Assembly (NCBI GenBank): GCA_965153285.1
Contig: OZ229115.1
Reading direction: 5' to 3' (one strand)
Length of the DNA stretch: 64,000 nt
Source of the DNA: Podarcis tiliguerta
Taxonomy: Eukaryota
The translations under genes were made by a program, and so were the position numbers. This document shows positions 13,245-25,974 of this stretch, in pieces. Position 1 is the stretch's first letter. Each line of letters begins with the position of its first letter. The notes beneath the pieces were generated by a model that was not told where the DNA came from, did not search any database, and was given only the letters and a program-made list of their open reading frames with translations.

Positions 13245-13573
13245 ACGCGGGTGGTGCTGTGGGTTAAACCACAGAGCCTAGGACTTGCCGATCAGAAGGT
13301 CGGCGGTTCAAATCCCCGCGACGGGGTGAGCTCCCGTTGCTCAGTCCTGCTCCTGCCAAGCTAGCAGTTCGAAAGCATATCAAAGTGCAAGTAGATAAAT
13401 AGGTACTGCTCCGGCGGGAAGGTAAATGGCGTTTCCGTGCACTGCTCTGGTTTGCCAGAAGCGGCTTATTCATGCTGGCCACATGACCCGGAAGCTGTAC
13501 GCCAGCCCCCTCTGCCAATAAAGTGAGAGTCGTTCACGACTGGACCTAATGGTCAGGGGTCCCTTTACCTTTA
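13245..13573 (+). mobile_element. Sauria SINE
   Basis: tRNA-like head (GTGGTGCTGTGGG...GGTTCAAATCCC) and (ACCTTT)n BovB-type tail. Confidence 0.9.
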
Positions 13574-13959
13574 TTACGAATTCGAAGAACCACATCTGCC
13601 TAAAATAGCGCAGAAGCATTTCTGTATTATACGTCCATATGCCCACAATTTAACAGTCCCAGGAGATGAAGTTTTAGATGTTTACTCAGAAATTTATTTA
13701 CTTACTGCACTTACATAAATACATAAAAGTATTTACATTCTGTCTTGCAAAACATCAGGGTGGTGACAACTTTTAAAAGCAATACAAAGCAATCATTAAA
13801 ATGACTGTCTACTCAAATGAACACACAAGCATTAATGTATGACTGAGACTTCTTGCCTGGATAAAATAAATGTTAAAAGGGGGGGGGGGCTTGCATATTA
13901 TTTGCCTTAAGGATATTGTTAAGAATTAGATCAGCATATTGTTCTCAGTGGCTGAGAAG

Positions 13960-14190
13960 ATGCCAGCAGGCAGAACCTGAGGGCAATAGCACTCTCCCTT
14001 CCTACTGTTCCAAGCAACTAGTATTCAGAAACAGACTGCCTCTAACCATGGAGGCAGAACATAGCCATTGTCGCTAGTAGCCACTGATAGCCGTACCCTT
14101 CATGAATTTGTCTAATCCTCTTTTTAAAGCCATCCAAGTTGGAGGTCATCACCGCTTCCCATAGGAGTGCATTCCATAGCTGAATTATGC
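13960..14190 (-). mobile_element. Old CR1-type 3' fragment
   Basis: IQLWNAL...SNLDGFKK remnant; related sequence at about 43075-43430. Confidence 0.6.
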
Positions 14191-14886
14191 ATGCATTTGT
14201 ATTTTTCTTTTCTACCCAGGAACTCAAGATTGTGTAGGTTTTCCTCCCCTCTCCCCTTTAATTTTTGCAACAGCGCTGTGAGGTAGGCTAGGTTAAGTTA
14301 ACATATGTACATAAGCAGTAGGTCTGGGTCAATAGATTGCAGAGAGGTAGCTGTATAAACAGTATTTATGTGAAATTAATATCTGAGAAAAAAATAGAAG
14401 GCCAACGTAGAAAATGTTAATTGTGTCATTAGAACCATGCGCAGAAAGTGAATGAATGAAGGTTGGCAAATAGAGAGAAAAGAACAACTGTGGAAGAAGT
14501 CTAAGATTACCAATACCAACAGCATAATTGCACTGTTAATTCATACTTGCCAAAAGTTCCCAACTAATTACTACAAATTAGCCCACTCTCTCATGCCTGA
14601 ATGGTTAGCAAATGGTTGTTCAAGTTTTCTTATCTATTGTTATATGAAGTTATCTTCCTCCTGTCTCTATTTGTTCCTCTGTTTCTATCCCTGGACCTAC
14701 ACTTAAGTGAGAATAGTTAACGAGGTTATGTTGTGGTTGGGCATCTAAACACAATGAATTACTTACTGATATATTGCAAAAGGATTTGACCTCGGTGTGT
14801 GGGGAAAGGGTGGGGAGGCAGAGAGGTGAGCAAGACAGATTTGATAAAGTAAGAATCAGAGCCACAGATGACCTGTAATACATTAC

Positions 14887-15002
14887 TTGGCATGTGACGC
14901 ATGCAGCATAGAATAGACCTGGCTTTGATGTTGAAAGCCTTCTCTCCAGCTTTTAACCCCCGATTAACAAGGCTAACCACTTCATCTGGAGTTAGGTCTC
15001 CC
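14887..15002 (-). CDS. ADA: ADA exon 5 (GDLTPDEVVSLVNRGLKAGEKAFNIKARSILCCMRHMP)
   Basis: Within ORF 14759..15022; CAG acceptor, GTAATG donor; 116 nt. Confidence 0.97.
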
Positions 15003-15241
15003 CTGTACAAAGAAAAATACAAAGAGATCAGTTAGGCATCAGTGCTCAAGGAAGTGCTCATAATCCTACCACCAAGCTGCTTGCATCTCAGGCTGAATTA
15101 CAAAGGACTCAGTACAACCAACATCTGGGTACAAATAGCAAACAAGTCTGCCAGATAAAACCTAGTTCAGTGGTAGAACAGATGACAGGAATGCAGAAGA
15201 TCCAGGTTCAGTCCCCAGCATCTTCATTTGAAAGGATCTCA

Positions 15242-15463
15242 GGGCTCATCCACACTTGCAAAGCACGAGAGGTTTTCTGTTTGGGTCTAAGCAGTTTTCG
15301 ATTTGCCCTGCCACTTTCCCTGAGAAAACCCGCTCTTTAGCGCTGAATTGGAACAAACATCAATTCACAGAAAACCTGACTGATGTCAGCTCCAATTCAG
15401 TGGTAAAGAGGTGGGTTTTCCCAGGGAGAAAGTGACAGGGCAAGCGAAAGTGTGGATGAGCCC
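15242..15463. mobile_element. PIF/Harbinger-type MITE nested in an old tRNA-SINE
   Basis: TIR GGGCTCATCCACACTT / AAGTGTGGATGAGCCC with 3-bp TSD TCA. Confidence 0.75.
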
Positions 15464-17053
15464 TCAGATAGCAGAGTTGGCAACAGCAAACAATATTGGT
15501 CCTCAAGGGATCAGTGGTCCAAATCAGGCTAAGGATGTCTCCGCTGTTCAGATCCAGCAGTTCCCAAAACATTTTCTAAGCACTATAAACATACCAGAAA
15601 AAGTCTAGGTGCTATTCTTGGTATTAAGTCAAATGAATTTTACATCTATATTGGTAATGACCATGGTAGATCATTGAGTATTTCTATAAGGAAATGGGTT
15701 TTTCCAGCTGGAATAGCATCCTCCCTGCTATCTATTAACATGCACAGCTTCAGTCTTCCCTGGCAGGAATTGCAGGCAATAGCAGCAAACGTTCCTCCCT
15801 TCTCTACTCTCACTCCCGAAACTCCCTTATACAAATTAGCAATGTATTGTCAAACAAAGCTCTGGTTTCTTCTAAACAAATTAAGAGCTAGAAAGATCAC
15901 CTGCAGGGTTTCAAACCAGTAGCTGTAACAGTCAAAACGGCAAGGATTTTTTTATTTTTAAGTAAGAGCTGGGGAAGAAAAATGCTTGTGTTTGAGCTCT
16001 GGTTCTTTTCTTCAGCTAAGAGTAACTTCTGCCAAGAACTCTTACAGCTGCTTCACACAGGCAAGATGGATGAAGTACTCGGGGCAGGAGGTCTCACTAA
16101 CGTGGCAGCATTCTCAGAGAAAAGGAGGGATGGAGGAAAAAATACGACAGGCTTGATAAATCACCAGCTCTGCTTTCTAAAATGGAAAGCTAAAGGCAGA
16201 TGGACTTCATGTGCTCTGTAAATACAAAAGCTGTGGATTTCATATTCTAAAACTAAGATTATTTTCTTGTCAAAAAAGTAGAAACACAAGGCAAGCCTCA
16301 ACAATTCTGTTAATTATGGGCACATCACAAATACTTATTTTATTTATCCTACACATTTGCTGCCATTTATTTGCAACCTGTTGCAACATAGATCTATTGT
16401 AACCTATTTTAAATTTGGGTGTGTGGGGGCATGCAAATCATGGCAACTACATAAGGGTAGCTAGAGATCTTTGTCTCCTGACTAATTACAGTAACCTGAT
16501 ATTCAACTCTGTTATGTCATATTTGAGGTGCAGGATTTTACTATCTGTTCACTGTCTACCTCAAGCAACGGGTAATTTTCTAAATATCCCTTTTCTGTTT
16601 TATAGTTGAAAGTTTAGTTATTTTTCTATTGTGCACAGTAAAGAGTTTTATGTAATTTAAAGAATCTAAATATGCTGCTCCATTAAGAGAGTGAGTGCTT
16701 GTGAGGATGATCCAAAAACATGGAAGTATTTTAACTAGGGAATGAAATTTCGGAGTATCACTGATTTCTAAGGGAAAGTTAAACAGTTCCTAATCCCTGT
16801 CTATGACACCAATTGGACTTTAATGCTACAAGCTTATGCATGCTTACGTGGAACTAATCCACACCGAGTTCAACAGGTTTTACTCCCAGGAAAGTGAACA
16901 TAGCCTAAAATGCTAACTTTAGCAACAGTGCACTTTCATACTTTTCTCTCATTCTCTAGGGAAAATATAACAACAGTATATGCAAAGAAAGTCAATTAGA
17001 TATCCGTTGTTGAACCATATCTATCAAAAATGCATGGGCAGCATCCTTTAAGC

Positions 17054-17191
17054 CAGCGGTTCTCAACCTGTGGGTCCCGAGATGTTGTTGGACCACAACT
17101 CCCATCATCCCTGAGCTCTGGCCTTGCTAGCTAGGGGTGATGGGTGTTGTAGTTCAACAACATCTGGGGACCCACAGGTTGAGAAAGGCTG
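17054..17191. mobile_element. Palindromic hAT (Charlie/Buster-type) MITE
   Basis: Whole-element hairpin; 8-bp TSD ctttaagc / ctttaaac. Confidence 0.85.
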
Positions 17192-17448
17192 CTTTAAACA
17201 AAGAGACTGGTATGTTTTATTATTTAGACTCTAGAATGCTGGTTGGGCATACTGCACTGATCCCTGGTGTAGGGTGGAGTGCAGTGAGGCATGTGAAGGA
17301 ATTTCACATTGCCCTTGAAGATGTACTTATTTTCAACCTATTTTCTTTAACTGCTTGCTGCCAGTTAGTAGCATGCCACTAGCTATTTACCTCTCTTAAG
17401 AAGGTTGCTTTATATTGTGTTATCTTACACCTTTAAGAAGGTACTCAC

Positions 17449-17592
17449 TCTTCTTGGTTCCAAGGGATAGGATGCACTTTGCAGTTGGCTAGGAGGTGAG
17501 GGCTGTACCGGGCTTCAACATAGATTACACCTTCCTTTGCTTTCATTTCTACAAATTCATAAGCAATTCTTTCCACAGCCTCACGGTCCCCC
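17449..17592 (-). CDS. ADA: ADA exon 4 ([47 protein letters not shown])
   Basis: Within ORF 17445..17636; CAG acceptor, GTGAGT donor; 144 nt. Confidence 0.97.
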
Positions 17593-19679
17593 CTGTGAAT
17601 GTAGAAAATATTGATTTCTATAATTGCTGTAGTCAATCAACAATCTAAACTCTACAAAACATGGATATGCGGTGCTGTGGGAGTTGATGCTTCTCAGCAG
17701 ACCAAAATTCTACGCCTCAGCAACACACTGTTCAAACCCTTGTGAATTTGCAAGTCTGATCTGACCACAGATTAATAAAATTTTATTTGGTACATTTATA
17801 TCCTGTTTCCCCAAAGGAATTTAAAATGGTTCACGATAATTAAAATCATATAAAAGGAGCCAATATGGTCTCATCCAATTCTAAAACTCAAAATATTATG
17901 AAGCAGCTAAGCTATGTTTGCCAAATTAATGCAGGAAAAACATTTTTCCTATTTGAGCATGAGCTACATAGGCTAATGGGAAAAATTCAGGATACTTAAG
18001 TAGCCAATTAGCCGCAGCAAAGAATCTTTTCGATCCTTTTTGCATTACAAGTGGCAAGGCATTCAGTGTAACTCTCACACAGAGTAGATAAGGAGCTGAA
18101 GAAATGGTTGTAGTTCTAAGTGTGCAAGACAGATAAAAAGCAAAGTGTACTTTGGATTCACTGGATAAGGGCTGTGTACTTATTCTGTTTTGGAACCAGC
18201 ACTTTCTCTACTTGCCAGTGTCCTCCTACCAGTCATCAAAATGTGACATTTCTGTTATTCATGAGTGCCTAAATTTTAAGGTAGTGTCCATAAGTTATGA
18301 GTCAGTTCTAACTCACGATCTGAAAAAACAACAATATGAGCCAACACTGTCATTTCTTAAGCAGCCAAATTTCAAGGGTGCCAAAGAAGCCTGTAGGTTC
18401 CAAAAGAAACATCCCAGTTCTTCTCAGTTTTTAGACACTGTGGCTTGCCTAGTCAGTTACTAGCATTCACACACCATGCTAGTTCAGATGTAATACAAAC
18501 TACTGTCTGAGGTTGCATGAGATTCAAACTCACACACTATCTCTCTGTCTCCTCTTGATTTCTTAATTGCCACTATTGGCAAACCACAGTTTGCCTTTTC
18601 ATCCAAAATGTGTATCTTATGGCACATATCAGTGGCAAACTTTAAAATTTCAGCAGCACCCTGTGCAACACCAAAATTCAGCACCTTCCCATTTCTGGCC
18701 TTACACTGTTTGTCGTTGCTCAGCACTCAGTGTGGGCAAATGGGTTGCGCTTCTCTAAATCTGCCAATGCCATACTAATCAATTATTATTTAAGGATTTA
18801 AGAGTATTGCTACTTTCACAACTGAATGGATGTTAATTTGGATTTCAGGAAGTAGTACACTCTCTATTTTGAATCATCCCTAAGTGACCCACTAAAAGTT
18901 TAAAGGGTTCAAGGAAAAGGAATGTCATGTTTGTTGTCATCTGTGACCTTGGTCCTGTATTTCCCTCCCCCCAATCCTGCAAATTAGGATTCTAGTTGGA
19001 AGATAAGTAAAAGCTCCCCTTTTTGCTATTAGAGTACAGAGCAAATCAAAATCCCCCAAAAGCCATATTTCTCAAGTTAGCAGTAGTTGTGCTTTTCCTA
19101 AATATGGCCTGTCAGCAATACAATTAAGCCTGTGTTTGGTTAAGATCTAGATGGTCAATGTGGACCAGAATTTATTCCAAGAATCAGAATGCAAAAAATC
19201 TATGTACTGGAAGAGATTTCTCCAATATGTCAAAATCAGTAAGCTCTGCAACCAGTTCAGGAGTCTGATGATCATTTTGCTATGCTGAAAGTATATTGTG
19301 CTGGTCCCAATGAATCCAATCCTGCTGACAGCAGTTCTAGAACTGCCCACACAGGGCTTCAAGGACGAAGATAGATTATGAACCTGTTCCACTCATTAAC
19401 TACTGATAGGGTACAGGGTCACCATGCACCAGCAAGTCACATACACCAGGCTGTTTCTTTCTCAGCGGGAATAACGGCACTGATCTCTAAGCAATCTCAC
19501 AAATTAAAGGTTTGTACTATTTTGGTCTAATGCTTTAATGGCAAGAAAACATAATCAGAGCAAAACCAAAGCAAGTTTTGCTTGGTGCTCATATACTATG
19601 CAACATGCATCAACAGCAACTCAAAGGGATAGAAGGGAGGTTTGATAACAGTAAAGATGGAGCAAGTTACTTTACTCAC

Positions 19680-19802
19680 GCAATTGCTGGCATGTAGACA
19701 GAAAATTTTTCTAGGAATTCTGTGAGACTGATAGGTTCGCTGTAGCTAACATATTGTAGAAGGCCTTCTACTGTATCTGCAGGAAGCTGTTTTCCCCTTT
19801 TC
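19680..19802 (-). CDS. ADA: ADA exon 3 (KRGKQLPADTVEGLLQYVSYSEPISLTEFLEKFSVYMPAIA)
   Basis: Hand translation resembles ADA; TAG acceptor, GTGAGT donor; 123 nt. Confidence 0.96.
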
Positions 19803-21104
19803 CTAGATGTTAAACAAAATACATGTATCAACTGCTGTAGGCTTACTTGGGTAAGTTCTGAACTAAATTCTTTTAGTAAGTCAGTGAAGAAAACTGATGG
19901 TCAGAAAGCCCTAGATATTTTTCATGTAGTCACTGATTAATCTGATGGCACTTTCTGTGTCTATAATTCCTCTCTTATGCTCTGGAAGACCATAAAAATA
20001 TACATTGTAACATATGTAACAACATACAAAGTGACTCTATGTGATTAATGGAATTATGTCTTTATTTTTATATTATAAAATTTCTTGTTCTTATGTTGAA
20101 GGAGGCAGCCTGAGGACAATTCTCTTAAACCAATTGAACAAAGAATGTAAATGAAGCACACATTTGTAGAATCTTGGCTTTCTGATTAAATAAATCAGGA
20201 AATGTTTGTGTAGAATCTCCATCCTCAGCTAAAAGCCAAACTAAACTGAGTGCTGGCTAATGAAATAGCAAATTCCCTTTTTGGAGTACAATTGCTGGTA
20301 AGCTATATTTTTGTACTCCAGATGTTTCATGGCCCTTACTTCTGGTTCTTCTGTCAAATTTCCTTTTTTCATAGAAACTGGTATCTCTGTAAACAAAAGC
20401 ATCTGACTTCGGCCTTAAGCAGTCCCCTTTGCAAATCTGAATTCCTAACGCAGTAACCTTATATGACCTTCCCATTTTGCTGTAATAGTTAGGTCTGAAG
20501 TATATTTATATTAGTTTATTATTTGCAAAAATCTTTGAACTTTTCACATCTGGAAAAAGTTTTAAAACAACAATACCAATCAGTGATAGTCTTGATTCTG
20601 AATAGACTCTTTTAGTTCTCTGCAGAGAATCAGGCTCTTTCACACTTCTTAGCTTGCTTGATTCTTTTCTGTCTCTGACTCCCAGATCCCCCCACCTTCC
20701 TGACTGGGGATGGATTTCGAAATAGTTGCAGAGGGGTAGTTGATGAGAAACATGCCACTACTGCAGCTTGCAAACTTTGAGGGGGAAATCCTATGCACCC
20801 TTACCTGGGGATAAGCTCCATTGAACACAGTGGGACATACACATGCACAAAACTGTGCTTTTGATGCATTTCCCTTACCAAAGCACACTAGTTGTTCTAG
20901 AACAATTAGGTGGAATCTTACTCTCTAAAATTGCATTAAACTAACAAAATGCAAGTAATGAAGCCTGATAAAAGATTTTGATATTTCATTTGCTTTTATC
21001 CTGGAGACATTAATGACCAAGGAACATTTTGCAAACAATTCAGACTAAGCATGAGCTTCTGAAAAAATAAAAAGGAAAAACACCACCCAAAACCACTCAC
21101 TCAC

Positions 21105-21166
21105 TTGCCAAAGTATAAAATGGTTTCTGGTTTAATGGCCCCATCTAGGTGGACATGAAGTTCTAC
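21105..21166 (-). CDS. ADA: ADA exon 2 ([20 protein letters not shown])
   Basis: HxHxDG Zn-binding motif; acceptor CAG, donor GTGAGT; 62 nt as in human exon 2. Confidence 0.97.
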
Positions 21167-24100
21167 CTGCAAAACAGTTGAAAGAATGTGAATAGTAATA
21201 TACATTAAAGCCCTTGTGACCTAAGAGTGGAAAATGACATTTCTGACAGATATGTGCATGCAGTCGTAGTTTTTAGTTTAGCACAGCAGCTCTCTCTCCC
21301 CATCCTGCAAAATACAAGCAACTTGAAAGTTGGTAGCATTTAAAACCAGCTTCTAGAGCAGCATAGGGAAATGATAAGCTTTCGTAAAAGAAACTTACTA
21401 GCCAAAGCCTCTGGTTTCTTTTGCAATTACGACAACTTCTCAGTGTCAAAATTTCAGATGTAAAAAGAGAACCAAATATTCTTACTCTCTGATCTCTGAA
21501 TAATGCCTGCTTACACAACACAATCTAAACAAATAAAATGAGGATAGTAATTTGGCTGATGGTTGCGTAGCAGCTTCTTATGAAGGAAGAAGCCACAAAC
21601 ATATCAGATTCCAAGATTTGCTTCATTTGCCTGCTCCCAATGAAAACGCCTATTATGGACGCTCTTTTGAACCTGTTTGTAAAAAGCAGCACAGCTCATC
21701 ATGAGTGCACTAGTAATTTCCTTTTGTGGTAAAGAGATGTCTGTGAGTTTTGGGTTTTGCAAGCTAACATCATTTTGGAGTGCTGGCATTCTCCCTCTGG
21801 AGATCTGATGTGAGAGCAGTTGATCTTGGAATGCTTAAGCCCTGCCTTCCCTTACACCCAACCTATATATTTGTAAATACACTCAAAATATTACAGAACA
21901 CCATACACTTCCAGTGACCCCTTTCCAAAGAAAACTAAACCTAGTATATGCTGAACTTCTCACCACTCAGAGAAGTGGAGAGAACAGAACACTATTCACT
22001 ATAATATGCCCAATCCAGGCAGCCCAGGGTTGTGAGTTGAAAATAGAATGTATTCAGCTAGTTTAAGAATAGTGGTACACTTCAGCAACAAGTAGCAGAC
22101 TTTGTTTCCAACATATTATTTCTGAAATTTCTATCCCACCCTTCCTCCCAAAAGAACCCAGAGTGGCTCCTTATGTACATGACAATAACCCTGTCTGTAA
22201 GTCAGTGAGTCTGCAGAAGGCTCATATTAAGATATACTGTATTCAAAATTCCAATGCCTTCCTCTGACATAGCAAAAGCTGCTAGAGTTGGAAGGTATAA
22301 TCTATCAGGCTGCCTGATCTGATAAGTCCACAATGCAATGTTTCAACTGCTGTACACGGAAAAGAAAACTGCTCAAACCTCATACAAACCAAGCTGCACA
22401 TTGTGAGAGTTCTGACAAACCATTAGGATTGCGCAGTACATAAGATCTCTATGTTACATTAAGAATTTATTTTCTTATAGTTCCTTGTAAAAAATTATAC
22501 AAATTTTAGATGCATTTTAATTTCATATTATTAAATTGTTTTATTACCAGTAACTTTATTACTAAAACCTAATTATATAAAGCAGGTTAAACCAATTCTT
22601 GACTTCTCTAATATGTTTCTGCCCAATGGGGGACTACTCTGATTCCTTGACATCTATTGTACTGAATTGCCCCTCACTAATGAGTGTATTTTCAGATTAG
22701 TAGCAAAGAAAGCCTCTAATTTATGAGATGTGAACCTAGTCATTACTCTCATTTTCCTTCCTAACAAAAGAAACTGGGACAAGCTGAGGTATGGTATTTA
22801 TGGGGCATGTATAAAATTGTACTACACTCCCTGGGAAAGGATCAAAATGATCTCAAGACACTCATGCAAACAAGTGAAATCATAGCAATGCTAGTGTTCA
22901 ACAAGCTGTTGCAACGCCTCAAGGGTTTTAGTAGATGAATAAGTTCACAGTAAGTCCACAACACTATCATTACTCTAGAATACTTCTTCCCACTCAACCA
23001 GTTTCATTAATTACAGCTTGACAAATACATACAGACTTCTTTTCAAACCTTTTATACTGGGAAGAGCAGTGCATTGTAAATGACCTGGTAGAATCTTAAA
23101 ATTGTAGAATTGGAAGGGACCCTGAGGGTCATCTATTCCAACACCCTGCAATGCAGGAATCCTGCTCACAGCTGTCCCTGTACCAGCTCAAACCAACTAT
23201 CTTCTGGTTAACAGCCAGGCTCACTGACTCATTGTACCACATACTTACATTGATACAATGACTGGGTGTCTCAATGGTATAAAGGAGCACAGCAAAGCTT
23301 GAAATAAATGCCCTCCATCCAATGAAATGGAGCCTGTTCAGACATTACTTTCTGAAACCACTATCAACACAGCAGGGAGAAAATGGCAAATGAACTGCCC
23401 TGTCCCAGCTACTACATATCTCTCTGGAATAAATGGATGGTTCAGAATTGGGAGAGAAATGCAGTACAGCTCAGTTTATTATTTTATCTAATTTATTAAT
23501 TACATGTTTATTATTTACAATCTAATTTGCCACATTAAATTTTAATAAATTATTCTTATCAGATACTTGGAAACATGCATATGGTTTTAGGTTTGGTCCC
23601 AAAATGTTGTTTCATAACTTTTTCAGACTAAACATATTTAGTGGAATTATTCTAATTACATTGCTTTGCCTTTAAAATTATTTCATTAATAAAATTTGAC
23701 TCATTGCACTGCAAATCTATGACAAGCTGTATTTTCTAACAACAAAAATGTAAGCATGATAGATGGCTGTCATCCAATTAAAGAAATCTTGCAGTGTAAT
23801 CCTAACCATGGCAACTCAGAATAAGTAATAAAGAATTCTGCTAGTCTTATTCCCAGGTAAATGGGGTTAGAAATGCAGCTGGGTAGTTAATTAATCCACC
23901 AATTAAATTTATTTATGGGTAAAAACAATACTCCTGAAGCAAGAATAAACTTTTGCTTGTTTCTAGATGATGCATTCCCGAAATAAAATTTCACAAACTG
24001 AGTTCCATTGAACGTATCCAATTCTGAATAGGATCAAGAGCAATATTGTTAAGGATCAAGAGGATCAAAAGCAGTATTGTTGAAATTCTCCTAGCTGTAA

Positions 24101-25974
24101 CCAAACAATTGTCTATCTTCAGTACAAGTCTGAAAGCCTCACCATATGATTATTATGCCTCTGTTGTTTATCTTTTCATAAACAAATTCAGAGCCAAAGA
24201 CCAAGAACTCACTTAGATGTTATATATAAATAAAACAAGAAGCGCTGAAGCCTGATACTGCAAATTCTTCAGTATGCATACTGAACTTAACTACCAAAAG
24301 TCTTCCAGCTGATGCCACTTATCAGAAGAAAGCAGATGACTCCTCCTCAGTCTGTGACGTCAATGAGACTACTTAAGGAGGGCAAAGTGCTCTTAAGAAA
24401 CTAGGGTCAACATTTTTATTATAATAAACTGCTTAGAGAATACTGTAGTCCCTGCTTCTGGATTTCCCAAAGGCATCTGGCTGGTCACTAATATAAACCA
24501 AGATGCTGAACTACAATTTGATCTCATACAATAAGGTTTACCTTATGATTTATGACCAGGGCTGACAAACCTATGGCACTGTCCTCTTCCACATATCCTA
24601 TTGATATTTGTAATCAATCATGAGTGTCATCATTACTATATTATTTGGAGTCTGAAGCATCAGAGAAAGGCAGTCTAGACAATTGCACCATAGCAGTAAA
24701 AGTCAGTTTCCTAAGGGTTGCCAATGTTTCAGCTTATTTCAAAAGTGTTACAAAAGATTGCCAGATGTTCATGTGCCTCCTTCACATGAAGGCAACACAA
24801 AAATGGGCCTTTTCTGTAGTGGCTCCCTGTTTATGGGATGTTCTCCCTAGGGAGGTTCACCTGGCACCTTCATTATATATCTTTAGGCAGGCCTTGGCTG
24901 ATTAATATTCTAGTATTTGAAATGTGTTTGTGGGAGGGGGTTATTGTTTTGTAGTTTTTATTTTAACCCTGTATTTCTGTTTTTAACCTGTGTTCTTATC
25001 TTGTGAACCGCCCTGAGATCTTGTGATGAAGGGAGATATATACTGTAAATCTAATAAATTAAATTAAATAAATGTTGTTTTTAGGGATGCAGTAATATCG
25101 CTGCTACCAATATTTTTTTAAAAGAGGTTGTGTTTCACTGAATTTGTGTAAACTTTATTATTTAATGAATTAAGTTGAGCTTGAGCAGTGAAGAAACCCA
25201 CAAAGAGATGAAATGAGTTGGCACAACACAGAACTACCCCAACTCGTTTTAACCATAATATCTGGATCTAAGTTTAACTACTCCCACTGAGTAATGACTA
25301 ATGGCACTACTTATTTCGTAAATACGTAAAATCTTGTTTTATCAGATTTCTGCAAAAATGTGAAGATATTGTGTCTCAAAGCGGCAATGAATCATAAAAG
25401 AAAAGCAATTTTTAAACTTACTTCATGTCTTATTCTTGCAATTCAGCATTGCATATTTAACTTCCTCATCATCTGGAACTTCCCTGCTGTTTGGAACTCT
25501 ACTGACTAGCAGAATGTGCTGTCACTGAATGTTAAACAAGGCGAGTGTCAGAGATACAACCCATATGATTACTGCATAGATTGAAGTAGTTTCCAGGGTT
25601 TTTTGTTTGTTAAACACTCCTACTTCTTTCTGCTGAGCCTTGTTGAAGATAAATAAGCTGGTTCCAGCAAAAAGTTGTAGTGCCATCAGCAATTGATGCA
25701 AGTTCATCAGTGCTGAATGGATTAGATCTATATATTATTAGTCGATAAGACTGTTGGACTACGAGCTCAGAGGCCAGGGTTCAAATCCCTGCTCTGCCAT
25801 GATGCTCACTGGATGATCTTGGGCCAGTCAGTGCCTCTCAGTCTAACCTACCTCAGAGAGTTGTTGTGGTGATCAAATGAGGAGAGGGAGAACCATGTCT
25901 ACCACCTTGAGCTTCTTGAAGAAAAAAGGTGGGATATAAATAAAGAATAAAGTGCTGTTTTACTAAACAATTTG

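Noticed and set aside
15160-15240. tRNA-like sequences (also at about 30745, 47265 and 56065)
   Set aside because: Degenerate box A/B without a complete cloverleaf; these are heads of tRNA-derived SINEs, not tRNA genes.
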